Shown in pieces: positions 10,206 through 19,497 of a stretch of 64,000 nucleotides of DNA. Origin of the DNA: Leptospira sp. (lineage in GTDB: Bacteria > Spirochaetota > Leptospiria > Leptospirales > Leptospiraceae); assembly GCA_034439575.1 (NCBI GenBank), contig JAWXAQ010000033.1:160001-224000 (forward strand), given 5' to 3'. Made by a program: the position numbers and the translations under genes. The notes beneath the pieces are model-generated. The model worked only from the letters and a program-made list of their open reading frames with translations, did no database searches and was not told where the DNA came from. Numbering within the stretch: position 1 is the first letter of the stretch; each line of letters starts with the position of its first letter.

Positions 10206-10886
10206 CTATAAAATCTTTTCTATGAGCAAATAGAAAAAAGAAAGGTTTCCTAAATATTGAATCATAATAAGGAAACCAATACCAATTTGAATGATATAAG
10301 GACTTCCAGAAAAACCTTGGTAGGCGAGATAAGAAACTATACCAAGTATGATTTCTGGTATCAGTACATAGATTGCCATTCCAGAAAAACTTTTTACATT
10401 TTGTGCATACCACGAGCCCAAAGAACTAGAATACGCTTCCGCAATTCCAAAAATAAGTAGGGAAAAAATTCCCACCCAAAGGCAAGTCCCGATAATCGAA
10501 ACTGATCTTTCTTCCAATTTAATCCCTGTATAAACAAGAATAAACAAGGGGATCGACCATAATCCAGCCATATATCCCGACACAGTGCCAATTTTGAAAA
10601 ATCCATCTTCAGGAAAAACTAACACCTTTAATACGGATGACAAAAACCAATCGGGAAAAACCATAAGAACTGATAAAGGAAGCAAAAATTTCCAAATCCG
10701 AAAGGGTGCATAAAATCTAAATATTTTTGCGACGGCTACGAATGTTATATGATAAAAAATGGTTAGATAAAATAATTTCCAGCCCTGCGAAAATTCAGAA
10801 AATCGTAAAAACAGAAAGGCAATGAGGGAATAAAAAGCAAAGTAACAGGCTAGGAGAGATTCTTCTAGAAAAATGAACTTTTTCAT
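10206..10886 (-). CDS. Hypothetical polytopic membrane protein
   Basis: 226 aa with about six hydrophobic segments. Confidence 0.7.
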   Translation of the reverse strand: MKKFIFLEESLLACYFAFYSLIAFLFLRFSEFSQGWKLFYLTIFYHITFVAVAKIFRFYAPFRIWKFLLPLSVLMVFPDWFLSSVLKVLVFPEDGFFKIGTVSGYMAGLWSIPLFILVYTGIKLEERSVSIIGTCLWVGIFSLLIFGIAEAYSSSLGSWYAQNVKSFSGMAIYVLIPEIILGIVSYLAYQGFSGSPYIIQIGIGFLIMIQYLGNLSFFYLLIEKIL

Positions 10887-11032
10887 ATATCACCACGAAA
10901 TCTAAAATTGAATCTCCGAAAATCAATCTAATTTATTAAGCGGAATATTAAAATTTAGCTCTTCGTTTAAGTTTAGATAAAACTAAGGATTTATGGATTT
11001 AGTATAATTCTTAAGGAAGTCTAATGCGCGTC

Positions 11033-11110
<78 letters not shown>

Positions 11111-11124
11111 AACGTAGTACCAAT

Positions 11125-12432
11125 TCACCACGATAGCCTTTGGCGTAAAGTCGGTTTTGCCCTATGGTCGAAGTGACGAAAGTATTTAAAAAACGTATCT
11201 TCTAAATTAAACTTGTTTTTGTTCTCTTTTTTGCCAATGAGTACCAACCGATCTTTAGCGCGAGAAATTCCGACATAGAGAATTCTGCGTTCTTCTTCCA
11301 AATTTTGGATGTTTGCCTGTTCTGGAAGATTCCATCCCGAACTTAAATCAAGGATCACTGTCCCAAATTCCAAGCCCTTGGCGGCATGAATGGTCATAAT
11401 TTGATTTGGTTCTATACCAATATCAATCCATTCCTTTTTACGAAAATTTGACCTAACGAGTATTATAGAATCCGAATCAGTTTCAAACAATGATTTTAAG
11501 ATTGGTAATAAGGACTTCCGATCAGACTTTGGGTTTTCTAATACATACTTTTGAAAAGAGGTTTCGCCCAAACGAAATGCCCTGACATCCTTTTCTATCT
11601 TTCGTTTATTTTTAACTAAGGCTAAAGTGGATAATTCAATAATACCCTTCAGAGAACGATAGTTTGTTGATAAGGTAAATTGTTTTGTCTTTGGAAAATA
11701 CTTTGGAAAAGTTAAAAATGGTTCTGGTGTCGCTCCCCTGAATCCATATATGGCTTGCCAATCATCGCCTACGATTGTTATATTTTCCGGATCCATAAAC
11801 TTTAAGATATTTAATTGGGAAAAATCAGTATCTTGAAATTCATCTACGATAATATGATCAAACCTTTCTTTAAGGTTACGAGTCCAAGAAACCTTGGCGC
11901 TTAAATTTTCTTCTACTATTCGAGGTAAATCTTCAAATTCAAATTTATGAATTTTGTTTTTCCACTCTTCCAATGCTTTTGCATAGGAAGAATAAATTTC
12001 AGGATATTCTTTCCTAAAGAAAAAAGAATCTTTTTGGAATAATACAGGGAAGGGTATGCCTCCGATTTGAAATTTATAATTTTGAAGAAAATCAATAGAA
12101 AACTTTTCTTTTTCCTCTGAACTCAATATCTTCATCGGATTCGTTTTGTAATAGGGATGGAATTCCAAAATCGATCGAAAACAAAATGCATGAAACGTAG
12201 AGACATTATAATTTTTTGATAATGAATTCTTCTCTATTCTATGTTTAAATTCATCTGTAGCTTTGTTTGTAAATGTAACAACTAAGGTGCGATCTGGAGC
12301 GATTTTTCCTTTGTTCTCGGATTCACGCAAAAGTCCTATCATCGTAGCCGTTTTTCCTGAACCTGCAGCAGCTATAATCTGTTTGTGGCTATGGGTAGAT
12401 TCGATAATAGTTAATTGTTCCTCATTCCACAC
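11125..12432 (-). CDS. Compact UvrD/PcrA/Rep-family SF1 helicase
   Basis: AAAGSGKT, VTFTNKA, TFHAF, VDEFQD, GDDWQAIYGFRGA, NYRS, TIHAAKGLEF, EERRILYVGISRA. Confidence 0.9.
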   Translation of the reverse strand: MWNEEQLTIIESTHSHKQIIAAAGSGKTATMIGLLRESENKGKIAPDRTLVVTFTNKATDEFKHRIEKNSLSKNYNVSTFHAFCFRSILEFHPYYKTNPMKILSSEEKEKFSIDFLQNYKFQIGGIPFPVLFQKDSFFFRKEYPEIYSSYAKALEEWKNKIHKFEFEDLPRIVEENLSAKVSWTRNLKERFDHIIVDEFQDTDFSQLNILKFMDPENITIVGDDWQAIYGFRGATPEPFLTFPKYFPKTKQFTLSTNYRSLKGIIELSTLALVKNKRKIEKDVRAFRLGETSFQKYVLENPKSDRKSLLPILKSLFETDSDSIILVRSNFRKKEWIDIGIEPNQIMTIHAAKGLEFGTVILDLSSGWNLPEQANIQNLEEERRILYVGISRAKDRLVLIGKKENKNKFNLEDTFFKYFRHFDHRAKPTLRQRLSW

Positions 12433-12481
12433 ATAGACAAAGGTCTATGAATTTAGAAATTGGATAAAAAAATAAGTAAAT

Positions 12482-14020
12482 TTATTTTTGACGTTTCTCT
12501 AAATTGATTATGGCTTCTCTTTTTTTGATAGAAAGACGCAAGTATTCAATCGCAGTTTTATCAGTCGGATCTATCAATAGTACTTTTTCAAATTGATGGA
12601 TAGCTTCATCATAATTTCTATTTTGGTATTCTTCGATGCCATTTTGAGAAAGTGCTGAAATTTGATGATGTTCCTTTTTTCTTAAAGAATCTAATTCTGC
12701 CTTCGAATTTGTGTTTTGTGGAAATGTGTGCAATGAATCCAAATAGGCACGTATAGAATCAAATATATTTCCTTGGTTTCGATAGGTATTTGCCTTACTT
12801 CGTTCTTTTTCACTTTGATAGATCAGTGAATTTTGAATCCCTTCCTTTGCAATTGTTAGATTGGGATTGATACTAAGAGCCTTTTGAAATTCTAATTTCG
12901 CTACCGTATAATTTCCAGAATCAAAATTTGATTTTGCCTTAGCTAAAATATCTTTTATTTTTGAACCTGATAATTTTTCTAAAGCCAATTGTTGGTAAGC
13001 TAATGCCGTTTGATTTGTGGGATCATCTTTTAGTATATTATCAAAAACAGCCTTACTAGATTTCCACTTCTCTTCGTTTAACAATTGCAATCCGATTGAA
13101 AAAAGTTTACTTTTTTTGGCTCTTTCTGAAATCGCTTTCGGGATTGAGATATTTGACTCTTTAGCAAAATTTTCATTTAACAAAAAGTTGAAATGTTTTG
13201 GAAGATGAACCCCTTCATTTTCGCAAGTTGATTTCATACTTAGTATGGAATTTACTATCTCGCCAGTCTCGATACCTATTTTTGTATAATCTGCACTGAT
13301 TCCAAACGTAGCACCAGATTTAACTAAAGCAGGAAAGGAACTCATTAGAATAATCGAATTTTCTTTACTAAATTTTGATATAACTTCAAAATTTTCCGCA
13401 TTATAAAGTGGATCTGAAGGAATGTACAATGCATCTGGCAATTTTGTAATATCTTTTAAATCTTTCAGAAAGGAATCCGATGATGACTTTTTTTTCTTAA
13501 AATACATTTTGTTTTTTAGATCAAAATGTTCGCCTTCTTCTGAAGAAAATTCTCCTTCTATATTCGAGTAAAAAGAATAAATGATTTTTGATTTAGGATT
13601 TATATCTTTTAAAGTGATAAAAAAAGATTCCAATGGCACATCCATACTAACGCCACATAAACGGGAAGACTCAAGGTCAAGACCTTTGGGAAAGGAAACC
13701 ATAGAAAAAACGATAGGAATTTTGTGAGTATTTTCCTCTGCAATCCTAGTTGCTCCTTTTCCGATTGTAATAATAAGAGGGATTCCTTTATTTTCTAATT
13801 CTTGAAAGTACGTCGCGGGTGAATCATACTCAGCTAATATTATATCCAAATAATTTACATGAATCTCTCGATTAATGCTCGTTTGTATTCCGAATAGGGC
13901 TTGTTCGTAAATTGAGTTGTCAGAAGTTAATAGAATTTCAATTGGTTTATTTGCGTCGGATAAAAGTTTTGAAACATTGAATGATATGAAAAGGCCTAGA
14001 AAAACAATTGTTTTAAGCAT
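12482..14020 (-). CDS. Exported ABC_sub_bind-like (periplasmic binding fold) protein with C-terminal TPR repeats
   Basis: Signal peptide; IITIGKGA, IPIVFSMVSFP, GVS, DALYIPSD, LVKSGATFGISADY..IG.ETG; TPR motifs (FQKALSINPN, FEKVLLIDP). Confidence 0.75.
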   Translation of the reverse strand: MLKTIVFLGLFISFNVSKLLSDANKPIEILLTSDNSIYEQALFGIQTSINREIHVNYLDIILAEYDSPATYFQELENKGIPLIITIGKGATRIAEENTHKIPIVFSMVSFPKGLDLESSRLCGVSMDVPLESFFITLKDINPKSKIIYSFYSNIEGEFSSEEGEHFDLKNKMYFKKKKSSSDSFLKDLKDITKLPDALYIPSDPLYNAENFEVISKFSKENSIILMSSFPALVKSGATFGISADYTKIGIETGEIVNSILSMKSTCENEGVHLPKHFNFLLNENFAKESNISIPKAISERAKKSKLFSIGLQLLNEEKWKSSKAVFDNILKDDPTNQTALAYQQLALEKLSGSKIKDILAKAKSNFDSGNYTVAKLEFQKALSINPNLTIAKEGIQNSLIYQSEKERSKANTYRNQGNIFDSIRAYLDSLHTFPQNTNSKAELDSLRKKEHHQISALSQNGIEEYQNRNYDEAIHQFEKVLLIDPTDKTAIEYLRLSIKKREAIINLEKRQK

Positions 14021-16491
14021 TATTTTGCCCTTCCTGTTTTAGATTTTTCCCTTTCTATGGATTCAATTCTTTTGATTGCTTGTTTGAATTTTGGATCTAA
14101 GGCTAAACATTTTTGCCATTTCTCTATGGCTTTTGTTTGGTCCTCTAATAGAAAATATACATTGCCGATTTGGTAGATATTATCTATGTCTTTAGGATCA
14201 AGAACTTCTGCTTTTAGATAGTATTTTAAGGATTCTGAATATTTTTTTAATCTGAATAGTCGATCTCCTATTTGAATGGCTTCCATTTTTTGGTCATCTG
14301 GGCTTTTTCTCGAAATCTCACCAAATTGAAGTTCTGCGTCAATTATGGAATTGTTTTTGGAATTCAGAGTATTTAATATTTCTTTGGCCCGTGCGTGATT
14401 AGGATTAATTAGAAATACTTTTTCTATGACTGTTTTCGCCCTTACAAAAATTCCTAAATCAATATGAATTTCCGCCAAATTGATAAGATTTGGAATGTGA
14501 TTTGGGTCACGAAGTAATAGTCGCTCTCCGAAATCTGCCGCTTCCGCCTTTTTACCCCAGTAGAGGAATGCCTTTGACACCTGAAAGATAGCATCATTAT
14601 CAATAGGATTGAGGCTTAAATATTGCGTATAACATTCTATAGCTTTGTCCCATTGTTTGATTTCCATATATCCTTGGCCAAGAAGATTTAAGAGTGCTGG
14701 AAATGGTTTTTTATTTGATAGAATTTTATTTAAATAAGTAATCGCATCTTTGGTTTTGCCTGATTCTATTAGGGAATGGCCATGTTCAATTGTCGAATTT
14801 TGTTCGTTAGTTGGAATGGTATCTTTGATATAATTGATTGGTTCATCAAAAGAAATTTTTATTAATGAAATATCATCATATAATTTTCCAAACATTTTTA
14901 TCTTTTCTAAAATACTTTTTAAATCGCCTTTTCCTTCTTCTACTCTTTTTAGAAATTGATTTCCGTCTTCATTAATCATTTCTATATTTTCATCATAACC
15001 GATAATCAAATCATCTCGACCATCTGAGCCTGTTATGATTTGATCCCCTGGGTACAATTGAAAAGTTTTGATAAAAAAACGATTTTCTTGTCCTGGAGTT
15101 CCAATTTTACATAAATCAACATTGCCTTCTAAAAAACTAGCTTTACCATCTCTATACAATACCGTCCAAGGATGTTCGGCATTCATATAATACAGAAGCC
15201 CCGTTTCATTTTCTACAAGACCTATACATACAGAAATGTACATGGTCCCGTCAAATGACAAAAATACATTTTGTAAATCCAAGAATCTTTCTTTCAGCCA
15301 TGTTTCTGGAAATAACAAAGTTTGTGCATAGGTTCTCGAACGAATGAGTCCAGCGTTGAATACAACACCTAAGGCAAGTGCGCCGCCAGCACCTTGGATA
15401 GACTTGCCCATAGCATCAGCATTCAAAAAAACTGTATAATTTTTATCCCTTAATTTGATCGTATCGGTGATACAGATGTCTCCACCAATTTGTGATTCCC
15501 AACTTCGAAACGAAAATTTCTTTTTTTGTTCGGTTATGAATTCGGTTTTTACATTTTTTGAAAAGTTATTGTTAGATGACAGAGGTTCAAGTAATAGCGA
15601 TGTGAGATAATAATCTCCGTCTTGTGCTTCCTTTAATGCCTTAACTTCTTCCAAACTTTGATTCAATTCGTCAGTTCTTTCTAATACTTTTTTCTCAAGA
15701 TGCTGAGTGAAATCTTGAATTTTTTCCCCCATTAAATTGAAAGCATGTGCCAATTGACCGATTTCATCTTTTCCTTTAAGGTTAATTCTGTGACTAAAAT
15801 CTCCCGTTCCCAGTTTTTGTGCCCCTTCATTTAATACTTGTAAGGGTAGGGACAATGATATGGAAAGAAATAGAGCGATGCCTATTCCTATAACAAAGAG
15901 GATGGCCGCAGAAAAGAATATAGAATTTCTCAAATCAACAATCGGAGAAAAAATTTCATCAGAGTTAAATTCAAAAACAGCAGTACCAATGCGCATATTT
16001 TTATCCCGATATTTAATATATATGGGATAGGCAAATTCTAGTATGGATCCAAATTCATGTTTGATTTCTCGTGAGGTAAGGCTTGTTAAATTTGAAAAAT
16101 ATTCAAAATTTCCATTGGAAACTATTTGGTCCTTATTTTGTGAATTGAGGCGTGCGACGATATTGCCATCTAGATTAATAATGTATGTGTCTTTTAAGGC
16201 ACGAACATTAGAATCTTTTAATTTTGTCAAAGCAGAATTTGTGGCTTCAAAAGTATCACCAACTAACAACTCATCATCTGCAATTTTTGCTATGTTATTT
16301 GCTATGTTTCGACAAACTTCATATGTTTTTTCAATTACTATACCTTTGTTTTTGAAATATACAATTGTGGAAAGTGGGATGACACAGAGGACAACGATAC
16401 CTGATACCAAGAGCACCATCTTCGTTCGGAGTTTCGTATTCTCGAGTAGATGAAAGTGAGACTTCTCCATGCCTATGATCCGACCAATCAT
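14020..16491 (-). CDS. Membrane sensor: 2 TM + periplasmic domain + HAMP + PP2C/SpoIIE phosphatase + TPR repeats
   Basis: HAMP (PL..L......G.GDF...DEIGQLA.AFN.M), GGD, DAMGK, SDG, DDIS; C-terminal TPRs. Confidence 0.88.
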   Translation of the reverse strand: MIGRIIGMEKSHFHLLENTKLRTKMVLLVSGIVVLCVIPLSTIVYFKNKGIVIEKTYEVCRNIANNIAKIADDELLVGDTFEATNSALTKLKDSNVRALKDTYIINLDGNIVARLNSQNKDQIVSNGNFEYFSNLTSLTSREIKHEFGSILEFAYPIYIKYRDKNMRIGTAVFEFNSDEIFSPIVDLRNSIFFSAAILFVIGIGIALFLSISLSLPLQVLNEGAQKLGTGDFSHRINLKGKDEIGQLAHAFNLMGEKIQDFTQHLEKKVLERTDELNQSLEEVKALKEAQDGDYYLTSLLLEPLSSNNNFSKNVKTEFITEQKKKFSFRSWESQIGGDICITDTIKLRDKNYTVFLNADAMGKSIQGAGGALALGVVFNAGLIRSRTYAQTLLFPETWLKERFLDLQNVFLSFDGTMYISVCIGLVENETGLLYYMNAEHPWTVLYRDGKASFLEGNVDLCKIGTPGQENRFFIKTFQLYPGDQIITGSDGRDDLIIGYDENIEMINEDGNQFLKRVEEGKGDLKSILEKIKMFGKLYDDISLIKISFDEPINYIKDTIPTNEQNSTIEHGHSLIESGKTKDAITYLNKILSNKKPFPALLNLLGQGYMEIKQWDKAIECYTQYLSLNPIDNDAIFQVSKAFLYWGKKAEAADFGERLLLRDPNHIPNLINLAEIHIDLGIFVRAKTVIEKVFLINPNHARAKEILNTLNSKNNSIIDAELQFGEISRKSPDDQKMEAIQIGDRLFRLKKYSESLKYYLKAEVLDPKDIDNIYQIGNVYFLLEDQTKAIEKWQKCLALDPKFKQAIKRIESIEREKSKTGRAK

Positions 16492-16539
16492 TGAATCCGT
16501 AAAAGTTAAGTTGTAAAGGAAAAAAGAGTAAAGGGAAAA

Positions 16540-19368
16540 TTAAAATTTATAACCGAGGCTGATCCAAATATTTCGTCTTTCTAATGGGTGTTGAGTAGGG
16601 TAATACTCTCCAGTCGCAGCGCGAATTCCTGGGTCAAAAAATTGTTGGTTTAGAATATTGTTTGCTTGGATTTGTAAAAACATTCCCTCTTTAATAAAAT
16701 CCTCCCAACGAAAGTTGATTCTAAACATTTCATAGCCGGCCACACTCCCTGTAGGATTTGTTGCAATTGTTCGTCTAACATCAACGTAGTTTGTCCCAGC
16801 ATAAATCGAAATTTTGGATCTAATATAATAAGTGATTCCTAAATAACCTTTGTGTGGTGCTATATTTGGGATATTTCCTCTGGATGGAACTCTATTTAAA
16901 CCTGTCAATTCTTTGTATAATAAATTTTCTAAATCATCTTTATAATTTGCACCTAAGCGACCTTCGGTTGAGGGGGATGTTTGTAAACTAGCGGGAAGAT
17001 CATAATAATAACCTTGCGCATAAGTATAATTGAAATTGATGCTAATATTTTTGCGAACAGTCCAAACGGATTCTGATTCAATTCCAAATATATTGGCACG
17101 CCCTACGTTTTGATTTTGTAACCACGGATTGCGTGGAGAAATATTATTGATGATCGAAGAATCAGTAGTTTGAACTTGTAAAATTAAGTCTGATATAGCA
17201 TTGTAATAAGCCTGTGCGGATGAATAAAAATCTTTTGTGAATCTATATGCTACTCCGACTTCTACAGATGAAAGTTTTTCTGGAGTTAAACTCGCATTAG
17301 GCTTTCTTTGTTGCGTTTGTGAAAAAAGTTCAATTGCTGATGGTTCTCGGAAGGCACGACCAAGCAAAAATTTAAAAGTTAAATCTCTTGTTGCTTGATA
17401 AATGGCACTCACTCTCGGAGTACTTGCATATCCGTATGTCGTAATATAGTCACGTCTGAACCCAAAAGTGAGAGAAAGTTTTTCTACGGGTCGGTAGACT
17501 TGCTGCAAGTAAAGTGCATAGTTTGAATATTGATAGCGATCTGAACTTCCATAATCTTTTCCTACTACGAAATGTCTTGCAGATACTCCGAATATTGTAG
17601 ATATTTTTGATGTTGGATTCCAGTTTAACCTTGATTCACCGAAGTATCCATAATCTGGTCTAGAATAATTGTTTGATCTTGTAACATCTGTGGAACGGTA
17701 ATAGGCACCAGGGTCGGTTTGGTTTGGATATTCTTCTTTGCTTGAATTTAATACATCAGAATTTCTGATGATACCTTCTGTATCTAATGACAATGTTTCG
17801 CTTATTTTGTGATTGTAACCGACTAACATAGAGTTACTTTTGAAATCCCAAGCCGAACCTTGAAATCCGGGGACACCAAGTCCTCCCTGTCTTCTTGTGT
17901 CGATTTGTTGCGTACCATTCGGAAATGTTCCTTGCCCTTGTAAGTATTGCCAATTGACTGTTTCGAAACGAAATCCCCCCTTAGAAAATTTAGCTGTTAT
18001 GTTGTAAGTTTTTTCTTTGGAAACATTATATCCTGGACTCCAAAAATAACCGACTGAATTAGAATCGGGATTGCACATAGTATTTCCGCATAAATCGCGG
18101 GAAAATTTATAGAATGGATCAAATTTATAATTATAATTTGGATTGTCTTTTGTTGCTCCATTTTGTTTGGGATCAAGGGAATTTATATTCGCCATATTAG
18201 GACCATCTGTTTGGTAATAATAACCAAACACGCTATAGGACATTGGACTGGATCCTTCGGAGGCTCCCCTTGCGGAAAAACTCGCGGATGCACCTGGGTT
18301 TGAAAAGGAATTTGCCTTTGTTGCTTCATAAGAGCCCCATGTAACATCAACATGATTTCCGGGATTTGTCGCTCCATCTTTCATTATTATGTTGATGATT
18401 CCATTGAACGCATTTGCACCATACAAAGCCGATGCGGGTCCCGATATGATTTCTATTCTCTCTACATTGTTTAATGGAAACCTGACGCTTCCAGCTAACA
18501 TTGCATTTTCATTTAAATTATTGTCTGGTATACCGTCCACATAGAGTAGGGTCCTTTGCATACCACCAACTAATCCTCGTTGGTGGATGAGTTCTGGGTA
18601 AATTCCATAATTGTGTTGAAAGTCCATGCCTGGGACATCATGCAATGCGTCGGATAAAGTTCGGTAACCTCGTTCTTTGATATGTTGAGACGAGATGACA
18701 TAGATGGCTGCTGGAGCCTCTTTCAATTTTGTTTTGGTTCTTGTCGCTGTAATGACTTCTGTCTCTTCTAAAAGTTTAAATATTTCTTGGGCTTCTTTTT
18801 GGATGTCTTGTTTTTGAATCGGAAATTCAATTTGTTTTGCAATTGGTGTTTGAAGTAAATATTCATTAATATTTTCGGAATTAATTTTAGCATTAGGATT
18901 TAGTTTGATTCGGATCACCAAACGATTAATAAACTTTTCTATAATTTTTGCATCCGATTCTTGTGTTTCATCTTTTGGAATATTTAATCCTTCCAATTCT
19001 TGTGAATGATCTGTTTGGTTCATGGCATCTATCAGTAATCCGGATTTTGTCGCATAGATTTGTCCATATAGATTCAATACATTACTTTCGCTCCTTTGGT
19101 AGTATCCAGAAATCATAATGGCGTCTTCAGATTTATATTCTGAATTATCTATGGATATCGATTTGCTATTTTCTATAAGTATAATCGTATATCCTAATTT
19201 TTGCAGTTCAACTTTTGTTTTTTGTTGGATAGTTTCCGAAACAACTGAGTCGGTTTTAGATTGGAAAGGAGAAAAAGTTTTAATATAAATGATTCTTTCG
19301 GCTACAGGTACAGTGTGCACCGCAGTCGAAAGAGAAATAAAAAGAAGGCACAGGCGAATCCACTTCAT
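16540..19368 (-). CDS. TonB-dependent receptor with long N-terminal extension
   Basis: EVITATRT..LKEAPAAIYVI plug start, ERIEIISGPASALYGANA..GIINI, C-terminal LGYKF; ATG at 19368 preferred over the ORF-track start at 19386. Confidence 0.9.
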   Translation of the reverse strand: MKWIRLCLLFISLSTAVHTVPVAERIIYIKTFSPFQSKTDSVVSETIQQKTKVELQKLGYTIILIENSKSISIDNSEYKSEDAIMISGYYQRSESNVLNLYGQIYATKSGLLIDAMNQTDHSQELEGLNIPKDETQESDAKIIEKFINRLVIRIKLNPNAKINSENINEYLLQTPIAKQIEFPIQKQDIQKEAQEIFKLLEETEVITATRTKTKLKEAPAAIYVISSQHIKERGYRTLSDALHDVPGMDFQHNYGIYPELIHQRGLVGGMQRTLLYVDGIPDNNLNENAMLAGSVRFPLNNVERIEIISGPASALYGANAFNGIINIIMKDGATNPGNHVDVTWGSYEATKANSFSNPGASASFSARGASEGSSPMSYSVFGYYYQTDGPNMANINSLDPKQNGATKDNPNYNYKFDPFYKFSRDLCGNTMCNPDSNSVGYFWSPGYNVSKEKTYNITAKFSKGGFRFETVNWQYLQGQGTFPNGTQQIDTRRQGGLGVPGFQGSAWDFKSNSMLVGYNHKISETLSLDTEGIIRNSDVLNSSKEEYPNQTDPGAYYRSTDVTRSNNYSRPDYGYFGESRLNWNPTSKISTIFGVSARHFVVGKDYGSSDRYQYSNYALYLQQVYRPVEKLSLTFGFRRDYITTYGYASTPRVSAIYQATRDLTFKFLLGRAFREPSAIELFSQTQQRKPNASLTPEKLSSVEVGVAYRFTKDFYSSAQAYYNAISDLILQVQTTDSSIINNISPRNPWLQNQNVGRANIFGIESESVWTVRKNISINFNYTYAQGYYYDLPASLQTSPSTEGRLGANYKDDLENLLYKELTGLNRVPSRGNIPNIAPHKGYLGITYYIRSKISIYAGTNYVDVRRTIATNPTGSVAGYEMFRINFRWEDFIKEGMFLQIQANNILNQQFFDPGIRAATGEYYPTQHPLERRNIWISLGYKF

Positions 19369-19497
19369 AAATTTTGCCAGCGCCAATCCTATCGGAATTG
19401 AGAAATCTTGTCATGCCCGAATATTTAGGACTTATGATTTTATTCCCGATTTCGAATTTTTATTTTTAAATCTCTGAAATCGAATATTCATGCAATT

